Source of the DNA: Octopus vulgaris
Taxonomy: Eukaryota
Length of the DNA: 64,000 nucleotides
Assembly (NCBI GenBank): GCA_951406725.2
Contig: OX597837.1
Location: forward strand, 23,250,001 to 23,314,000
Reading direction: 5' to 3'
The notes beneath the pieces are model-generated. The model was not told the DNA's origin and ran no database searches. It saw only the letters and a program-made list of their open reading frames with translations. The stretch's first letter is position 1. Each line of letters opens with the position of its first letter. Below are positions 39,720 through 52,975 of this stretch, one piece after another. Made by a program: the position numbers and the translations under genes.

Positions 39720-40085
39720 GAGTGGCTGTGTGGTAAGTAGCTTGCTTACCAACTACATGGTTCTGGGTTCAGTCCCACTGCGTGGCACCTTGGGCAAGTG
39801 TCTTCTACTATAGCCTAGGGCCAACCAAAGACTTGTGAATAGATTTGGTAGACAGAAGCTGAAAGAAGCCTGTCGTATATGTGTTTACGCTGTGCAGGTG
39901 GCACGTAAAAAGCACCCACTACACTCACGGAGTGGTTGGCGTTAGGAAGGGCATCCAGCTGTAGAAACACTGCCAGATAAGACTGGAGCCTGGTGCAGCC
40001 TTCTGGCTTTCCAGATCCCCGGTCGAACCGTCCAACCCATGCTAGCATGGAAAACGGACGTTAAACGATGATGATGATGATGATG

Positions 40086-40117
<32 letters not shown>

Positions 40118-40328
40118 GTTTGTGTGTCTGTGTTTGTCCTACCAACATCGCTTGAGAACTGATGCTGGTGTGTTTACATCCTGGAACTTAATGGTTTGGC
40201 AAAAGAGACCGATAGAATAAGTACCAGGCTTCCAAAAAATAAATCCTGAGGTCAATTTGTTCGACTAAAAGGCAGTGCTCCAGCATGACCGCAGTCAAAT
40301 GACTGAAACGTGTAAAAGACTAAAAGAG
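39720..40328 (+). mobile_element. SINE family C with a nested family D copy (39890-40085) in its TA linker
   Basis: C 5' half 39720-39880, D body plus (GAT)n, C 3' half 40090-40328. Confidence 0.85.
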
Positions 40329-40607
40329 TTAGAATATTAAGATGGAAGAAATGCTGCTAAGAATTTTGTTCAATGTCCCAACAGTTCTGCAAGCTGGCAA
40401 CCTATATGTAATTCTAGGGAGAAGGGCCAATTGATTAACCCCTGTGGTTAGCTGATACTTATTTCGTTGACACCAAATGCATGAAAAATATAGTTGACTT
40501 TCATGGCATTTGAATTCAGAATATAAGGCTAGATGAAATGTTACGAAACATTTTGTCTGTACCAACTCACCACCTTCCAACAGCAGGGCAGCAATAACGA
40601 ATAGGAT

Positions 40608-40840
40608 GGCGGCGAGCTGGCAGAAACGTTAGTACGCCGGGCGAAGTGCTTAGCGGTATTTCGTCTGTCTTTACGTTCTGAGTTCAAATTCCGCCGAGGT
40701 CAACTTCGCCTTTCATCCTTTCGGGGTCGATAAATTAAGTACCAGTTACGCACTGGGGTCGATGTAATCGACTTAATCCGTTTGTCTGTCCTTGTTTGTC
40801 CTCTCTGTGTTTAGCCCCTTCTGGGTAGTAAAGAAATAGA
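40608..40840 (+). mobile_element. SINE family B, full length
   Basis: GGCGGCGAGCTGGCAGAAACGTTAG...GAGTTCAAATTCC...GGGTAGTAAAGAAATAG. Confidence 0.92.
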
Positions 40841-41284
40841 TATAACAAGGATTATGGCAATTTGTTCAACCCATGCCAGCACGGAAAGCGGATATAAAGA
40901 AATGACAACAGTGATGAAGACATGTTATCAGTGTGTCTTTAAAATACTTTTGAAAGACATAATAGAAACAAATACATCATGGCTGGATCAGAAACAAAAG
41001 CATCACATATGAAAGGATTCAATAAGCGAAAAAGAAATGGAAATAAAAAAATTTACAAGCTTACTTGTGTAAATGTAAGAAAATATTATTGAGAGAACTG
41101 ATATGAATTATCAGAGGGATTAATGTGGTATGGTGGTGATTAAATGCTGGTGATAATGAAGGTGTTGATAGATGTGTAGACATATAAAAGTGTTGATGTG
41201 AGAGCTGATATCTACTATCGTAGAGATTATCCTGTACTAGTGGTAATTACATTGAAGGTACAATGAAGGAGTAGGTATGGGGGT

Positions 41285-41424
41285 TGTGTGTGTGTGTGTG
41301 CATGCGTGTGTGTGTGTTATATGTGAGAGCAAGTATATATAGCTATGTGTGTGCATATGTTTATAAATATATTGCAGAGAGAACTGATAACTATATATAC
41401 ACATACGTATATACATATATGAAA

Positions 41425-41460
<36 letters not shown>

Positions 41461-41821
41461 GTGTGTGTAAGTATATATATATATGTGTGCACACACACCA
41501 TACACACGCGCATATATCGTGTATGTATGTGTGTGAGTGTGTGTGTATATCCAATATCCACATATATATATATATGCACACACACATACACATGGATAAA
41601 CACACACACACAAATACAGATACACACACGCACATATACTGACACAAACACACATATTTATATTTATATATATATATATCATCTAGCTATATATACTCTC
41701 ACACACACACATACTCTATACTGTATGCATATGTATGTATATATGTATATATATATACATAGGCACATATATATATATGCATGTATATATGTATACATAC
41801 ATACATACATACATACATACA

Positions 41822-41857
<36 letters not shown>

Positions 41858-42786
41858 GTTATAGCTATATGGTGTATGTATATGTAAGTACATATACATG
41901 TGTGTGTATAAGTGTGAAAGTACATATGTATTGATATACTGCAAAGATCAGGTTGACACTACTCTCAGTATAGCGACATACATTCAGTAAGTACTTTCTT
42001 GTTTTTCTTCAAACTACTTAAAAATAACAGCATTATTTTATCATACATATATACATGCATACACATACATACATGTATACATATATACATAAATACATAC
42101 ATACATACATACATACATACACGTATATACATACACATACATACATGTATACATACATGTATTCATACATACATACACATACATACATACATACAAGTAT
42201 ACATACATATACACATACATACATACATTTATACATACATACACACACATACATACATACATGTATACATACACATACATACATATACATACATACATAC
42301 ACACACATACATATGTACACGTATACATATATACATACATGCATGAATGCATACACACATATATATACATACATATACATACGTACATGTAGACATTAAT
42401 ACATACATACATACAAACATACATACATACATACATACATACATACATACATACAAACATACATACATACATACATAATACATACATACATACATACATA
42501 CATTTCTTCCTACATAAGTACAAACATAGGTACATTCATATATACATACGTATGTACATACATGTATGTAGGCAAACATAGCTGCATACATGAAAGTGTG
42601 GACACTAATGTGCATGCATACTCATGCACAGACAAGCACACTCATACATGTATATATTTATATATATTTATATGTATATATATATGTAGAGAGAGATATG
42701 TTTACATCTATCTGTCTTTCTATCACTCTTTCTCTCTATATATATGTATGTATATGTGTATATCTATCTGCCTGTCTATCTATCTT

Positions 42787-42818
<32 letters not shown>

Positions 42819-42961
42819 ACTATCTATCCATCTATCTATCTATCTATCTATCTGTATCTATATCTATATCTATATATATACATACATAATGTATACAAAG
42901 AGATAGATAGATAGATAGGTAGATAGATAGATAGATAGATTAGATAGATAGATAGATAGAT

Positions 42962-42993
<32 letters not shown>

Positions 42994-43253
42994 GAAAGAG
43001 AGAGAGAGAGATTTATAAATGACACTAAAGATGTCGATAGACAGATATACAAAATGAAAAGAGGAGCTGATACATATATTTTTATACACACACACACATG
43101 TGTGTGTATGTATGTATGTATGTATGTATGTAGGTAAATATGTATGTATATGTGTATATATGTATGTGTGTTTACATGTGTATGTGAATGTGTATATATA
43201 TATATATATATATACACACATTCACATACATATATGGACATATGTGCATATAA

Positions 43254-43327
<74 letters not shown>

Positions 43328-43410
43328 TACATGTGTGTGTGTGTATATATATATATACACATACGCACACACACACACACACATGTATGTGTACATATAT
43401 ATATATATAT
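41285..43410. repeat. ~2-kb compound purine-pyrimidine microsatellite field (TA, CA, TACA, TATC/GATA)
   Basis: Direct observation; all ORFs here are artefacts. Confidence 0.95.
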
Positions 43411-43863
43411 CAAAGGGGTTAACGAACAGGGTTTATTCATTTATTTGTTCTGCGGTGACAGCAAAAGTATAGATACATAGATGTATAAAAATATTGATAG
43501 GAAAGCTGATATTTATGGTGAAAAATGCATTGAAATAATAACGAAGGTGTAGATGTAGAGTGGCATAAAAGGTACTGTTTGAGAGCTAATATCTGTCAGA
43601 GAGATTAAGGTGGAGTAGGTTATTTACATAGAAGTGACAAGAAGAGTTTAGATATATCGATGTAGAGATATATAAAAATGTTGATTGGGGAACTGATATC
43701 TGTGTGAGGGATTATGGAACACTGATAACGACTCTCAGATCAAGATCTATAAGATATATAAAATACTATAATATAATATGCTATGATATAATGTAATATA
43801 ATATAACATATATATGTGTGTACGTAAATATGTATATATAAATATATATATTATTTATATGCG

Positions 43864-43894
<31 letters not shown>

Positions 43895-43958
43895 GAAATA
43901 TGTTACAAAAAGAAAATAGAAACTACACGTGGAAATATAAGGAGAAAGTAAGAACATA

Positions 43959-43994
<36 letters not shown>

Positions 43995-44020
43995 TGTATG
44001 TATGTTTATATATGTATATA

Positions 44021-44310
44021 TACAAGGTCTGATCAATAAGTATCTGGACTGTTGCTATAGAAACAAAGCTAAAGAACACAGAGGAAAGATGCTTGGTACA
44101 AATTGACCTTCAAGACTGCTGTGCATGCGCACCAACTTATTACGTTCTAGCTCACTTCTGCTGCTTACAGCAGTGCTTGGAAGGAAGGTGTGTAGCATGT
44201 GATTGTCACATTAACCATTATAACTGAGAAAGTTGAGCAGAGAATCTACATCAAATGTTGCCAAAACCTTGGCAATACCTGTTCAAAGGTCTATACAGTT
44301 TTCAAATATT
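44021..44310 (+). pseudogene. Mariner 5' end with transposase N-terminus
   Basis: TIR-like TACAAGGTCTGATCAATAAGTATCTGGACT; peptide EKVEQRIYIKCCQNLGNT, compare EQRICIKFCxKLGKT. Confidence 0.65.
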
Positions 44311-44689
44311 GTTCCTTGTCCTCGACACAATCAAAATCTTGTGCAACTGAAACCCAGCTGTCTTTTTGGTCAAGGCAAATGTCGAGCATGAAATCTTAAG
44401 ATATTAGGATTATCCAAAATTGCCCATTACCTTGCACCTGACCTAGGGCTATAAATAGAGAAGTAATTTAGAGTAGATTGTAGATATTTGACATCTACTT
44501 TTAGCATATAGGTGCTGGCATTCCAGAGCCCTTAATTAGAATCATATTTTAAAATTATATACTTAAATATACATATGTATATATCAAACAAAGTAAAATT
44601 GGAAGGTACCGCACGAGCGAAAATATATAGGGAAGAAGATTTGAAAATGATGAGCTCTTTTAAAGATGTTTATTGACTTAACCGGTTTT

Positions 44690-45168
44690 CATTTCATTTC
44701 ATTTGAGTTTGAGTCCATGCTCAGGCCAAGTCGAAGACTCCACCCTCAGAGTCTGGTGTGGTTGCCAGGTTGTATTCTCTGTTTAATTTTGACATGTGTA
44801 GGAGTGAGTTTGAGTCAGTTTGTGCTCGTTGTGTATATCCTGGGAGATGGGGTTCATCTCTAATGGTGCTTAAGTATCTATCCAGCTGCAATTTGAATGA
44901 TTCCACACTGCATCCTGATAGATTTCTGACATGTACCGGAATGGAGTTGAATAGTTGTGCTCCTTGAATCAACAGACTTGATTCTCGCAGGGTTTGAAGA
45001 GTTGTGGTCCCCTGAAACCCAAGCTGTTGCAGTATCTGGTCCTGTATTTTGATAATGATGTTGGGATCTTTGGCACCATGCAGTGGCGCCCCGTTCTGCT
45101 GTTGGGGTAACTTTGAATGCCAAAATTCGGGACAAGACCCTTCAGGATTTTCCAGATGTATATCACTG
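44690..45168 (-). pseudogene. Chimeric CR1-like LINE 3' end
   Basis: 44690-44995 encodes GAQLFNSIPVHVRNLSGCSVESFKLQLDRYLSTIRDEP and ends in (AAATG)n. 44995-45168 is a near-identical inverted copy of 46040-46213. Confidence 0.78.
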
Positions 45169-45218
45169 GTCAAGTTAATAAACATCTTTAAAATACCTCT
45201 GCATTTTCAAATCCTCTT

Positions 45219-45257
<39 letters not shown>

Positions 45258-45486
45258 CACAAATATGATGGATTTCTGAAAAGTTCTTGGCTTTAAAGGT
45301 AAAAGGGATGTTGGAGGCCCAACATCCTGAGTTCTTTTACAAGGAATCGAAAAACTGAAGGACCACTGCAATAAATGTGTGAATCTGAGAGGGGAATATG
45401 TTGGATAAAATCATAATTAACTGTTTCTCCTGTATTTTCGTTTACCCAAAGCCAGGAACTTTTCAGCATTGTCTCATATATATGTA

Positions 45487-45540
<54 letters not shown>

Positions 45541-45947
45541 TAAATATAATATGTGATAATTATTCGGTAACCCTGATAAAACTCAGAATCATGATAAAAC
45601 TCCAAATAATTGTCACATATTATATTTACAGATAAATTCCTCTATTTACATGATATTGAGGTCTCTTTCATTCATTTGTTGTCTTACCATTATTATCAAT
45701 ATATATATATATATATACAGGAAGAGTTGTGGTCTCCTGAAACCCAAGCTGTTGCAGTATCTGGTCCTGTATTTTGATGATGATGTATATATATATATCG
45801 GAGCAATCTCAAGATTAATCAGCCGAAATTGCGAAGATGATCTGGTTCTTGACTGATGACTGAGGGCTTCGAATGTCCCGTCCTGTGGTTCTTGTGTCGT
45901 CTCTTTGGTGTTTCATGTTCTTGTCCATGTCTGTATTTATTTTTTAC

Positions 45948-45990
<43 letters not shown>

Positions 45991-46001
45991 CTGAAACTAA
46001 T

Positions 46002-46475
46002 AAAACTCTTCTCCCTGGAGTGAAGGCAGGAGAGATATGCAGTGATATACATCTGGAAAATCCTGAAGGGTCTTGTCCCAAATTTTGGCATTCAAAGTTA
46101 CCCCAACAGCAGAACGGGGCGCCACTGCATGGTGCCAAAGATCCCAACATCATCATCAAAATACAGGACCAGATACTGCAACAGCTTGGGTTTCAGGGGA
46201 CCACAACTCTTCAATATCCTTCCTAAATGCCTGAGAGACCTGCATGGTGTGGATGCGGGTTTCTTTAAAATTAAACTGGATCTCTTCTTGTCAGGGGTTC
46301 CAGATGAACCTACCTCTCAGCAGGAAACAGATGCGGGCAGCGGCGTCGAACTCTCTTGTTGATCAAGTGCCACGTATCAGAGGTGGTTTCACATACTAGT
46401 GTAGCTCATTCAACGATGGTGCCCCAGTATGGCCACAGCCTTCGGGCTGAAACATTTTTAAGGATTTAAGGATTT
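46002..46475 (+). pseudogene. CR1-like LINE 3' end
   Basis: KLFSLE*RQERYAVIYIWKILKGLVPN...GPQLFNILPKCLRDL...FKIKLDLFLSGVPDEP; 3' stem-loop and (TTTAAGGA) tail. Confidence 0.88.
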
Positions 46476-47039
46476 ATATATATATCCCCCTCTCTCTTTC
46501 GGAGAGGCACTGAGCATCTACACGCACACATACACACACGGCAGTGACTTCCGCCTACCGAATTCAATCACATATATATATATATATAGATGTATACATA
46601 TTATATGTGTGTGTAAGTGTAAATATAGACACACACACATGCACACACACATGCACAATCATGCACGTGCACACTCACATACATCAATTCAATTCAGGTA
46701 TTAATCTTGTAGTATGTATTAGCCATTTATGGCTATTGACTCTCAGGAGCAATTTTACAGGGAATATTGGCTGTATTACTAAACATACATTTTGAAATCA
46801 AAGAATATCCATAGAATTTATATAAATATAAGCATTGAAAAAGAAAATGGATTCCAAAGTGTGTTTTATTGCACAATACTACATTTGTTTCATTATTATT
46901 TTACCAGAAGATCACTGCTGATACTTGAAGAATCGTCACTTGCCAATATTGCTAAAATAATACTGATGCAATGTGTTATTTCGCAAGTATTCAGTGTTAG
47001 TACTGCCAAATTCAAAATATTAATGAGGTAAATGAACCT

Positions 47040-47232
47040 CGTGGCACCTAAAAAGCACCCACTACACTCACGGAGTGGTTGGCGTTAGGAAGGGCATCCA
47101 GCTGTAGAAATATTGCCAGATAAGACCGGAGCCTGGTGCAGCCTCCTGGCTTCCCAGATCCCCGGTCAAACCGTCCAACCCATGCTAGCATGGAGAACAG
47201 ACGTTAAACAATGATGATGATGATGATGATGA
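47040..47232 (+). mobile_element. Family D copy
   Basis: Standard D body with (GAT)n tail. Confidence 0.85.
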
Positions 47233-47360
47233 TTCATATTTTGAATTTGGCAGTACTAACACTGAATATGATCTGTCTGATACCGTTAGGTGGAGAGATA
47301 TGTTCAATTATTCCAGTACCTTCGAATTTAATATTTCAATATTTAATTATTGCTGGAGTG

Positions 47361-47441
47361 CCATGCTGATGAGGAAACTGGTTGGTAAAGTATAATTCTA
47401 TATTCTTTATACCGACCTAATTCCGAAACGCACATCCATGG
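47361..47441 (+). ncRNA. Type-I hammerhead ribozyme motif
   Basis: CCATG-CTGATGA-GGAA...GGTTGGTA..TACCGACC..TTCC-GAAA-CGCAC-ATC-CATGG. Stems I and II pair. Confidence 0.72.
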
Positions 47442-47723
47442 ATGACCAGATATTGATTGATTTTCATTACTTTTCCTCTCTGCCAGTGTGAATTGTTTTC
47501 AAGTATTTTGGTTTCTCTGGGAGTCCCTTTTTAAAGTAGAAGAAATAGCTAAGGTTTTTGGTTGTTATTTCTAAACTTCGGTATGTGGTAAAGCAAATCT
47601 TTGCTGAACCCTAATTATTAAGCATTACTTAAGTTTACCGTGAAATGTTCCTTTTTTGATGCCGAATTCTACTTGGTGAAATTATTGATTACTTCTTAAT
47701 TAATTAATTTTACCCTTTGTTAT

Positions 47724-47757
<34 letters not shown>

Positions 47758-48185
47758 TAGAGAAAAACTGCTATTATGCAATTCAAACAATGATAGACAT
47801 AAACCAAATCATGAATAAAAAATAAAATATATTTTTTAAAACATATAACTTTATATTGTGAAATTTGATTTAATATTAAATTGAATTTTTCCCTATAAGT
47901 TTGGAGTTATACTCCCTAATATTATAATTATTATTTTTTTACCTTCTTTCTTCAAATTTTCTTCTGTTTCTCGCTGAGTGTTTTCCGTACACCTAGGGCA
48001 GAGAAGCTCATTGTATGCATTCACAGGTAAAATATGTATTTAAAAAATTAATGAATAAATAAATTCATGAATGGATGTTGTTTTCAAAGTGATAATGCTC
48101 TTCTCAGTACATGAGCCGTTCCAGTTAACATGATATTTTGCACTTCTTGTAGGGATGGTAAGCCTGGTATCATTTTCAAATAGGC

Positions 48186-48420
48186 TGTCAAGCAATGCTA
48201 GGGGGACAAACACAGACACACAAGCATATGCACACACACACACATATATATACATATAAACGATGGGCTTCTTTGCATTTCCGTCTACGAAATCCACCAC
48301 CAAGGCTTTGGTTGGTCTGAGGCTATAGTAGAAGACACTTGCCCAAGATGCCATGCAGTGGGACTGAACTCGGAACCATGTGGTTGGTAAGCAAGCTACA
48401 TACCACACAGCCACTCCTGC
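48186..48420 (-). mobile_element. SINE family C 5' part
   Basis: Reverse complement of the C head and CORE-like region. Confidence 0.85.
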
Positions 48421-48429
48421 GTCTATCAA

Positions 48430-48608
48430 CAAGATTATTGAAGTGGAAAATGAAGCCAATTCTGAAATGAGATATTGTAACAGTATATGTGATCAGCTCT
48501 TCAAATATCTTTCAAAACTCAAAAGTCATTTAAGATCATATTCTAGGAAAGAACAATTAATGGAACAAGAAGAGGTGAAGCTCTGCAAAGAGCAGACCAG
48601 ACAGCCAC
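48430..48608 (+). pseudogene. Decayed RTE 3' end (C2H2-like finger)
   Basis: YCNSICDQLFKYLSKLKSHLRS, followed by a short hairpin and CAGCCA end like other RTE tails. Confidence 0.45.
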
Positions 48609-48633
48609 TGTATGTATATATATATACATATAT

Positions 48634-48680
<47 letters not shown>

Positions 48681-48682
<2 letters not shown>

Positions 48683-48927
48683 GGGAGAGTTTACGAAAAA
48701 AACAAAAGACAAAGACAGGTGGTGTACAAAACAAACAGATGTATCAGTGTAATGCCCAGGAATAGAAAAAGTCTTTTACGTTTCGAGCCTATACTCTTCT
48801 ACAGAAAGGGATACAGAAAAAACAAAGAGAGTAACAAGGAGAGAAAAAAAGGAAAGAAAAAAAAGGAGAGAAAAAATGTGTTTGTTGTGGCTAACGATTT
48901 ATCATGGCGACTGACTTGACTTTGGAC

Positions 48928-48930
<3 letters not shown>
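48681..48930 (-). mobile_element. Penelope-like module, CUGUNGA hammerhead family
   Basis: Minus strand CTTT-CTGTAGA-A-GAG..CTC-GAAACGTA-AAAG at ~48773-48808; flanked by TA/CA repeats. Confidence 0.7.
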
Positions 48931-48965
<35 letters not shown>

Positions 48966-49330
48966 ATAGTCAGTTGAAACTAAATAAACAGACAACATGC
49001 ACATTGCTGCTTATGTTGAATGTGTAATAATACACTCATGGCAAGCGAATTGAAAGCGTCAGCGTTTGTTAGTTTCAAAGGAGCCATGGATGTAATAGCA
49101 CTGAAATCTAAATTTACTTGCTGAGACAGCGATTAAATATTGCCCGAGGAGATATATATGGATCTTATCATACAGGTAAATCGTTACCTAATTTAATTAA
49201 ATTTAAATCTAAATCTAAATCCTGTATATATACATAGATCTATATGTATCAAAACATTTGTAGTGATCATTAAAAAGCTGCCTAACTGTATTTACTCTTC
49301 CTTTTGACTCTTTTACTCTTTACTTTATAT

Positions 49331-49720
49331 TGGCTGTGTGGTAAGTAGCTTGTTTACCAACCACATGGTTCTTGGTTCAGTCCCACCGCGTGGCACCTTG
49401 GGCAAGTGTCTTCTACTATAGCCTCGGGCTGACCAAAGCCTTGTGAGTGGATTTGGTAGATGGAAACTGAAAGAAGCCCATCGTATATATGTATATATAT
49501 GCGTGTGTGTGTTTGTGTGTCTGTGTTTGTCCCCCTAGCATTGCTTGACAACCGATGCTGGTGTGTTTATGTCCCCGTTACCTAGCAGTTAGGCAAAAGA
49601 GACTGATAGAATAAGTACTGGGCTTACAAAAGAATAAGTCCCAGGGTCGAGTTGCTCAATTAAAGGTGGTGCTCCAGCATGGCTGCAGTCAAATGACTGA
49701 AACAAGTGAAAGAGAGAGAG
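49331..49720 (+). mobile_element. SINE family C, near full length
   Basis: Head, CORE-like region, TA/TG linker and CR1-like tail. Confidence 0.9.
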
Positions 49721-49957
49721 TAATATATATATACATATATAAAAATCATAATTAAGGGTATCTAAAAGATACTATCATGCAAGATGTAGAAGTCAAAACT
49801 TGACTCTAAGACTACATCAAATATTCATACAGCACCAGGAGAGAAGACAAAATAAACTAGCCAAAAATTATTGGATAATTCCAGATCCCAGATTTCTGGC
49901 TTTGCATAAAAAATGCTTTGCCTCATCAAAGGGATATACACAAAATAGTACATAAAT

Positions 49958-50001
<44 letters not shown>

Positions 50002-50066
50002 TGGTAAAAACGGTAAGATAACAAAAGAAAGAAAGAGACCTCAATATTATGTAAATAGAGGAAATT

Positions 50067-50471
50067 TATCTATAAAATAATATGTTACATTACTCAATAG
50101 TCAAGATAAAACTCTGAGTTTCAGATGCCGAAGTGGAAATCCACAACACCATCTCTTCGGTTATCTGGCTATCTGAAAAACGCTATGAAAAAATACCATT
50201 ATATAAAGGGAAATTACTGTATTATAATTCTGCTCGTGAACCCACGTGCGTACTTATACGTCACTATGAAAACGTATACATCTTCACTCACATTTTTCGC
50301 CAAATATATACGCATATATATACAACCTCATACATACACACATGCATACCGTAAAAGTTCATACATACATCTATATACCGAAGAGATGGTGTTGTGGATT
50401 TCCACTTCGGCATCTGAAACTCAGAGTTTTATCTTGACTATTGAGTAATGTAACATATTATTTTATAGATA
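50067..50471. repeat. Perfect 95-bp inverted repeat of a Penelope-like module carrying a hammerhead-like motif
   Basis: Arms 50067-50161 and 50377-50471. The minus strand of the left copy reads AGATAA-CCGAAGA-GATG..CATC-T-GAAAC-TCAGA-GTT-TTATCT. Confidence 0.85.
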
Positions 50472-50486
50472 TATATATATATATAT

Positions 50487-50695
50487 AGTTAATCCAAACG
50501 TGAAAACACAAAGAGAAAACAAAATGCGAGGACATGGAACAAGTATAGAGTTATTGGATTTCAGGAAAGGAAAGAAAGAAGGAGGATTTAACGTTTCGAG
50601 CAGAGCACTTCGTCAGAAACATAGGAAAAGGAAAGATTCAAGGAAGGGAAGACAGAGGGAAAAATAGCCAACGGTACACACGTGGTCACATTTTG
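50487..50695 (-). mobile_element. Penelope-like hammerhead module, CUGACGA family
   Basis: Minus strand GTTT-CTGACGA-A-GTGC-TCT-GCTC-GAAACGTT-AAAT at 50586-50620. Confidence 0.75.
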
Positions 50696-50885
50696 ATATA
50701 CGTCATATGAATACTTACATATACGCATGTATACGCAGATTTATATGCATGTATGCACACGACCAGTTTAAATTGCCTGCCTAAACCCCACGTGCAATAT
50801 GATCAAAATACTATTGCAGTGAATATAATGACGAAGTAAATATATAAATTTATATAAATAAGGATAAGATCGTTATTTATAGATA

Positions 50886-51870
50886 ACCTTCGCTGATGAC
50901 TCCAAGCTCCAGAAGGTCATCAATGGCGTGGATGACCGAATAAACCTTCAGTCAGACCTACTGGCTGTTGTCCATTGGGCGGAAAAGAATAACATGTTGC
51001 TAAATGAAGACAAATTTGAACTGATCCACTTTGGAAGGGAGGACGCTCTGAAACTCCCATACTCTCTTCCTTCTGGAGAAATTCTCATGGCATCCAACAA
51101 CATCAGAGACCTGGGAGTAACAGTGGACAACAACATAAGCTGGGCTACACATATAAGCAGCAAAGTTGACATGGCCCGCAGAATGTGTTCCTGGATTCTC
51201 AGAACCTTCCAGTCGAGAGATTCCCACGCTATTATCCTTCTCTTCTCCACTTTGCCCGACCCCACCTTGAATACTGCTGTCCACTGTGGTCTCCCTACAC
51301 AAAACAAAACATTATGAGAATTGAAGCTCCCCAAAGGTCAATCACAAAAAAGATAGATGGCATGTCAGACCTTGACTACTGGGGTAGACTAGAGAAGCTG
51401 AAATTGTATTCACTCCAACGACGCCGTGAATGCTACATTATCTGTATGATGTGGAAAATATTCCACCAGCACTGTCCGAATGATGTTGGCATCACCTTCA
51501 AAATGCATCCAAGGCTTGGACCACGTGCTATCCGTCCACAACAAAAATCTAAATCGCATCACATAACGACAATACGGCACAACTATTTCACCTGAATTGG
51601 ACCTGCTCTCTTCAACATTACACCAGGGCACGTCAAAAAAGAAACTGACCACACAAAATTCAAAAAGTCTTTGCACAAATTCCTTCAAACAGTACCGGAC
51701 AAACCACCCACACCCGGATATGTCTCCGCAAACAATAACTCTCTGCTCGAATGGGCCTTGGTGCCCAAATCCTGAACTGAAAGACTTCACCAGGTGGTGC
51801 TATTAAGTTAGACATGGCCTGGGCCAATACTGGCCAAAACCTTTCTAAGTTATTCTAAGTTATATAAGTT
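50886..51870 (+). pseudogene. 5'-truncated CR1-like LINE (RT motif to 3' tail)
   Basis: FADDSKL..LQSDL..V.HWAEKNNM.LNEDKF..RDLGVTVD, a frameshift, then RPHLEYCCPLWSPY..LKLYSLQRRRE; tail (TTCTAAGTTA)n. Confidence 0.92.
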
Positions 51871-51892
51871 CATATATATATATATATATATC

Positions 51893-52048
51893 ATCATCAT
51901 CATCATCATCATCGTTTAACGTCCGCTTTCCATGCTAGCATGGGTTGGACGGTTCAACTGGGGTCTGGGGAGCCCGAAGGCTGCACCAGGCCAGTCAGAT
52001 CTGGCAGTGTTTCTACAGCTGGATGCCCTTCCTAACGCCAACCACTCC

Positions 52049-52051
<3 letters not shown>
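51893..52051 (-). mobile_element. Family D 3' end
   Basis: (CAT)n CGTTTAACGTCCGCTTTCCATGCTAGCATGGGTTGG... Confidence 0.85.
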
Positions 52052-52100
<49 letters not shown>

Positions 52101-52499
52101 TACATATATACATATATACATATATATGCATATATAAATATATATACATTCATACAAACATATATACTGTCTGCCTTGATAAATAGACAACCAGATAGAT
52201 AGATAGTTCAAGTACATGAGACTACAGAACAAAATTATTTACTTATAACACTTTGTACACATTTCAGTGGCCATTACATAATTATTACGTCAGATATATT
52301 GATATTTTGGACAATATGTGGTTCAAGCTAATTCATCCGAAATATTATGAGAAATGAATAACTCTGCATAGTGACAGGCATTTATTGTTGCCCCAGAAGT
52401 TTGGAAGTTGGATATAAGAAGGAGAAATATGCTGTCGGGTTTTGAGTTTAAATTAACAGATTATTCACATCCTTTCTTTCTTTTTTCTTTCTCTCTCCC

Positions 52500-52513
52500 T
52501 GTCTATCTATCTA

Positions 52514-52577
<64 letters not shown>

Positions 52578-52658
52578 TCTGTCTATCTATCTATCTATCT
52601 ATTTCTCTCTCTATCTGTCTATCTATCTATCTCTCTGTCTGTCTGTCTGTCTGTCTAC

Positions 52659-52707
<49 letters not shown>

Positions 52708-52790
52708 CATCTGTCTATCTATCTATCTATCTATTTCTCTCTCTATCTGTCTATCTATCTATCTCTCTGTCTGTCTGTCTGTCTGTCTAC

Positions 52791-52824
<34 letters not shown>

Positions 52825-52902
52825 GTCTATCTATCTATCTATCTATCTATTTCTCTCTCTATCTGTCTATCTATCTATCTCTCTGTCTGTCTGTCTGTCT
52901 AC

Positions 52903-52943
<41 letters not shown>

Positions 52944-52975
52944 CATCTGTCTATCTATCTATCATCTTTCTATCA
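52500..52975. repeat. (TCTA)n/(TCTG)n compound microsatellite with higher-order duplication
   Basis: The variant block TATTTCTCTCTCTATCTGTCTATCTATCTATCTCTCTGTC recurs three times. Confidence 0.93.
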
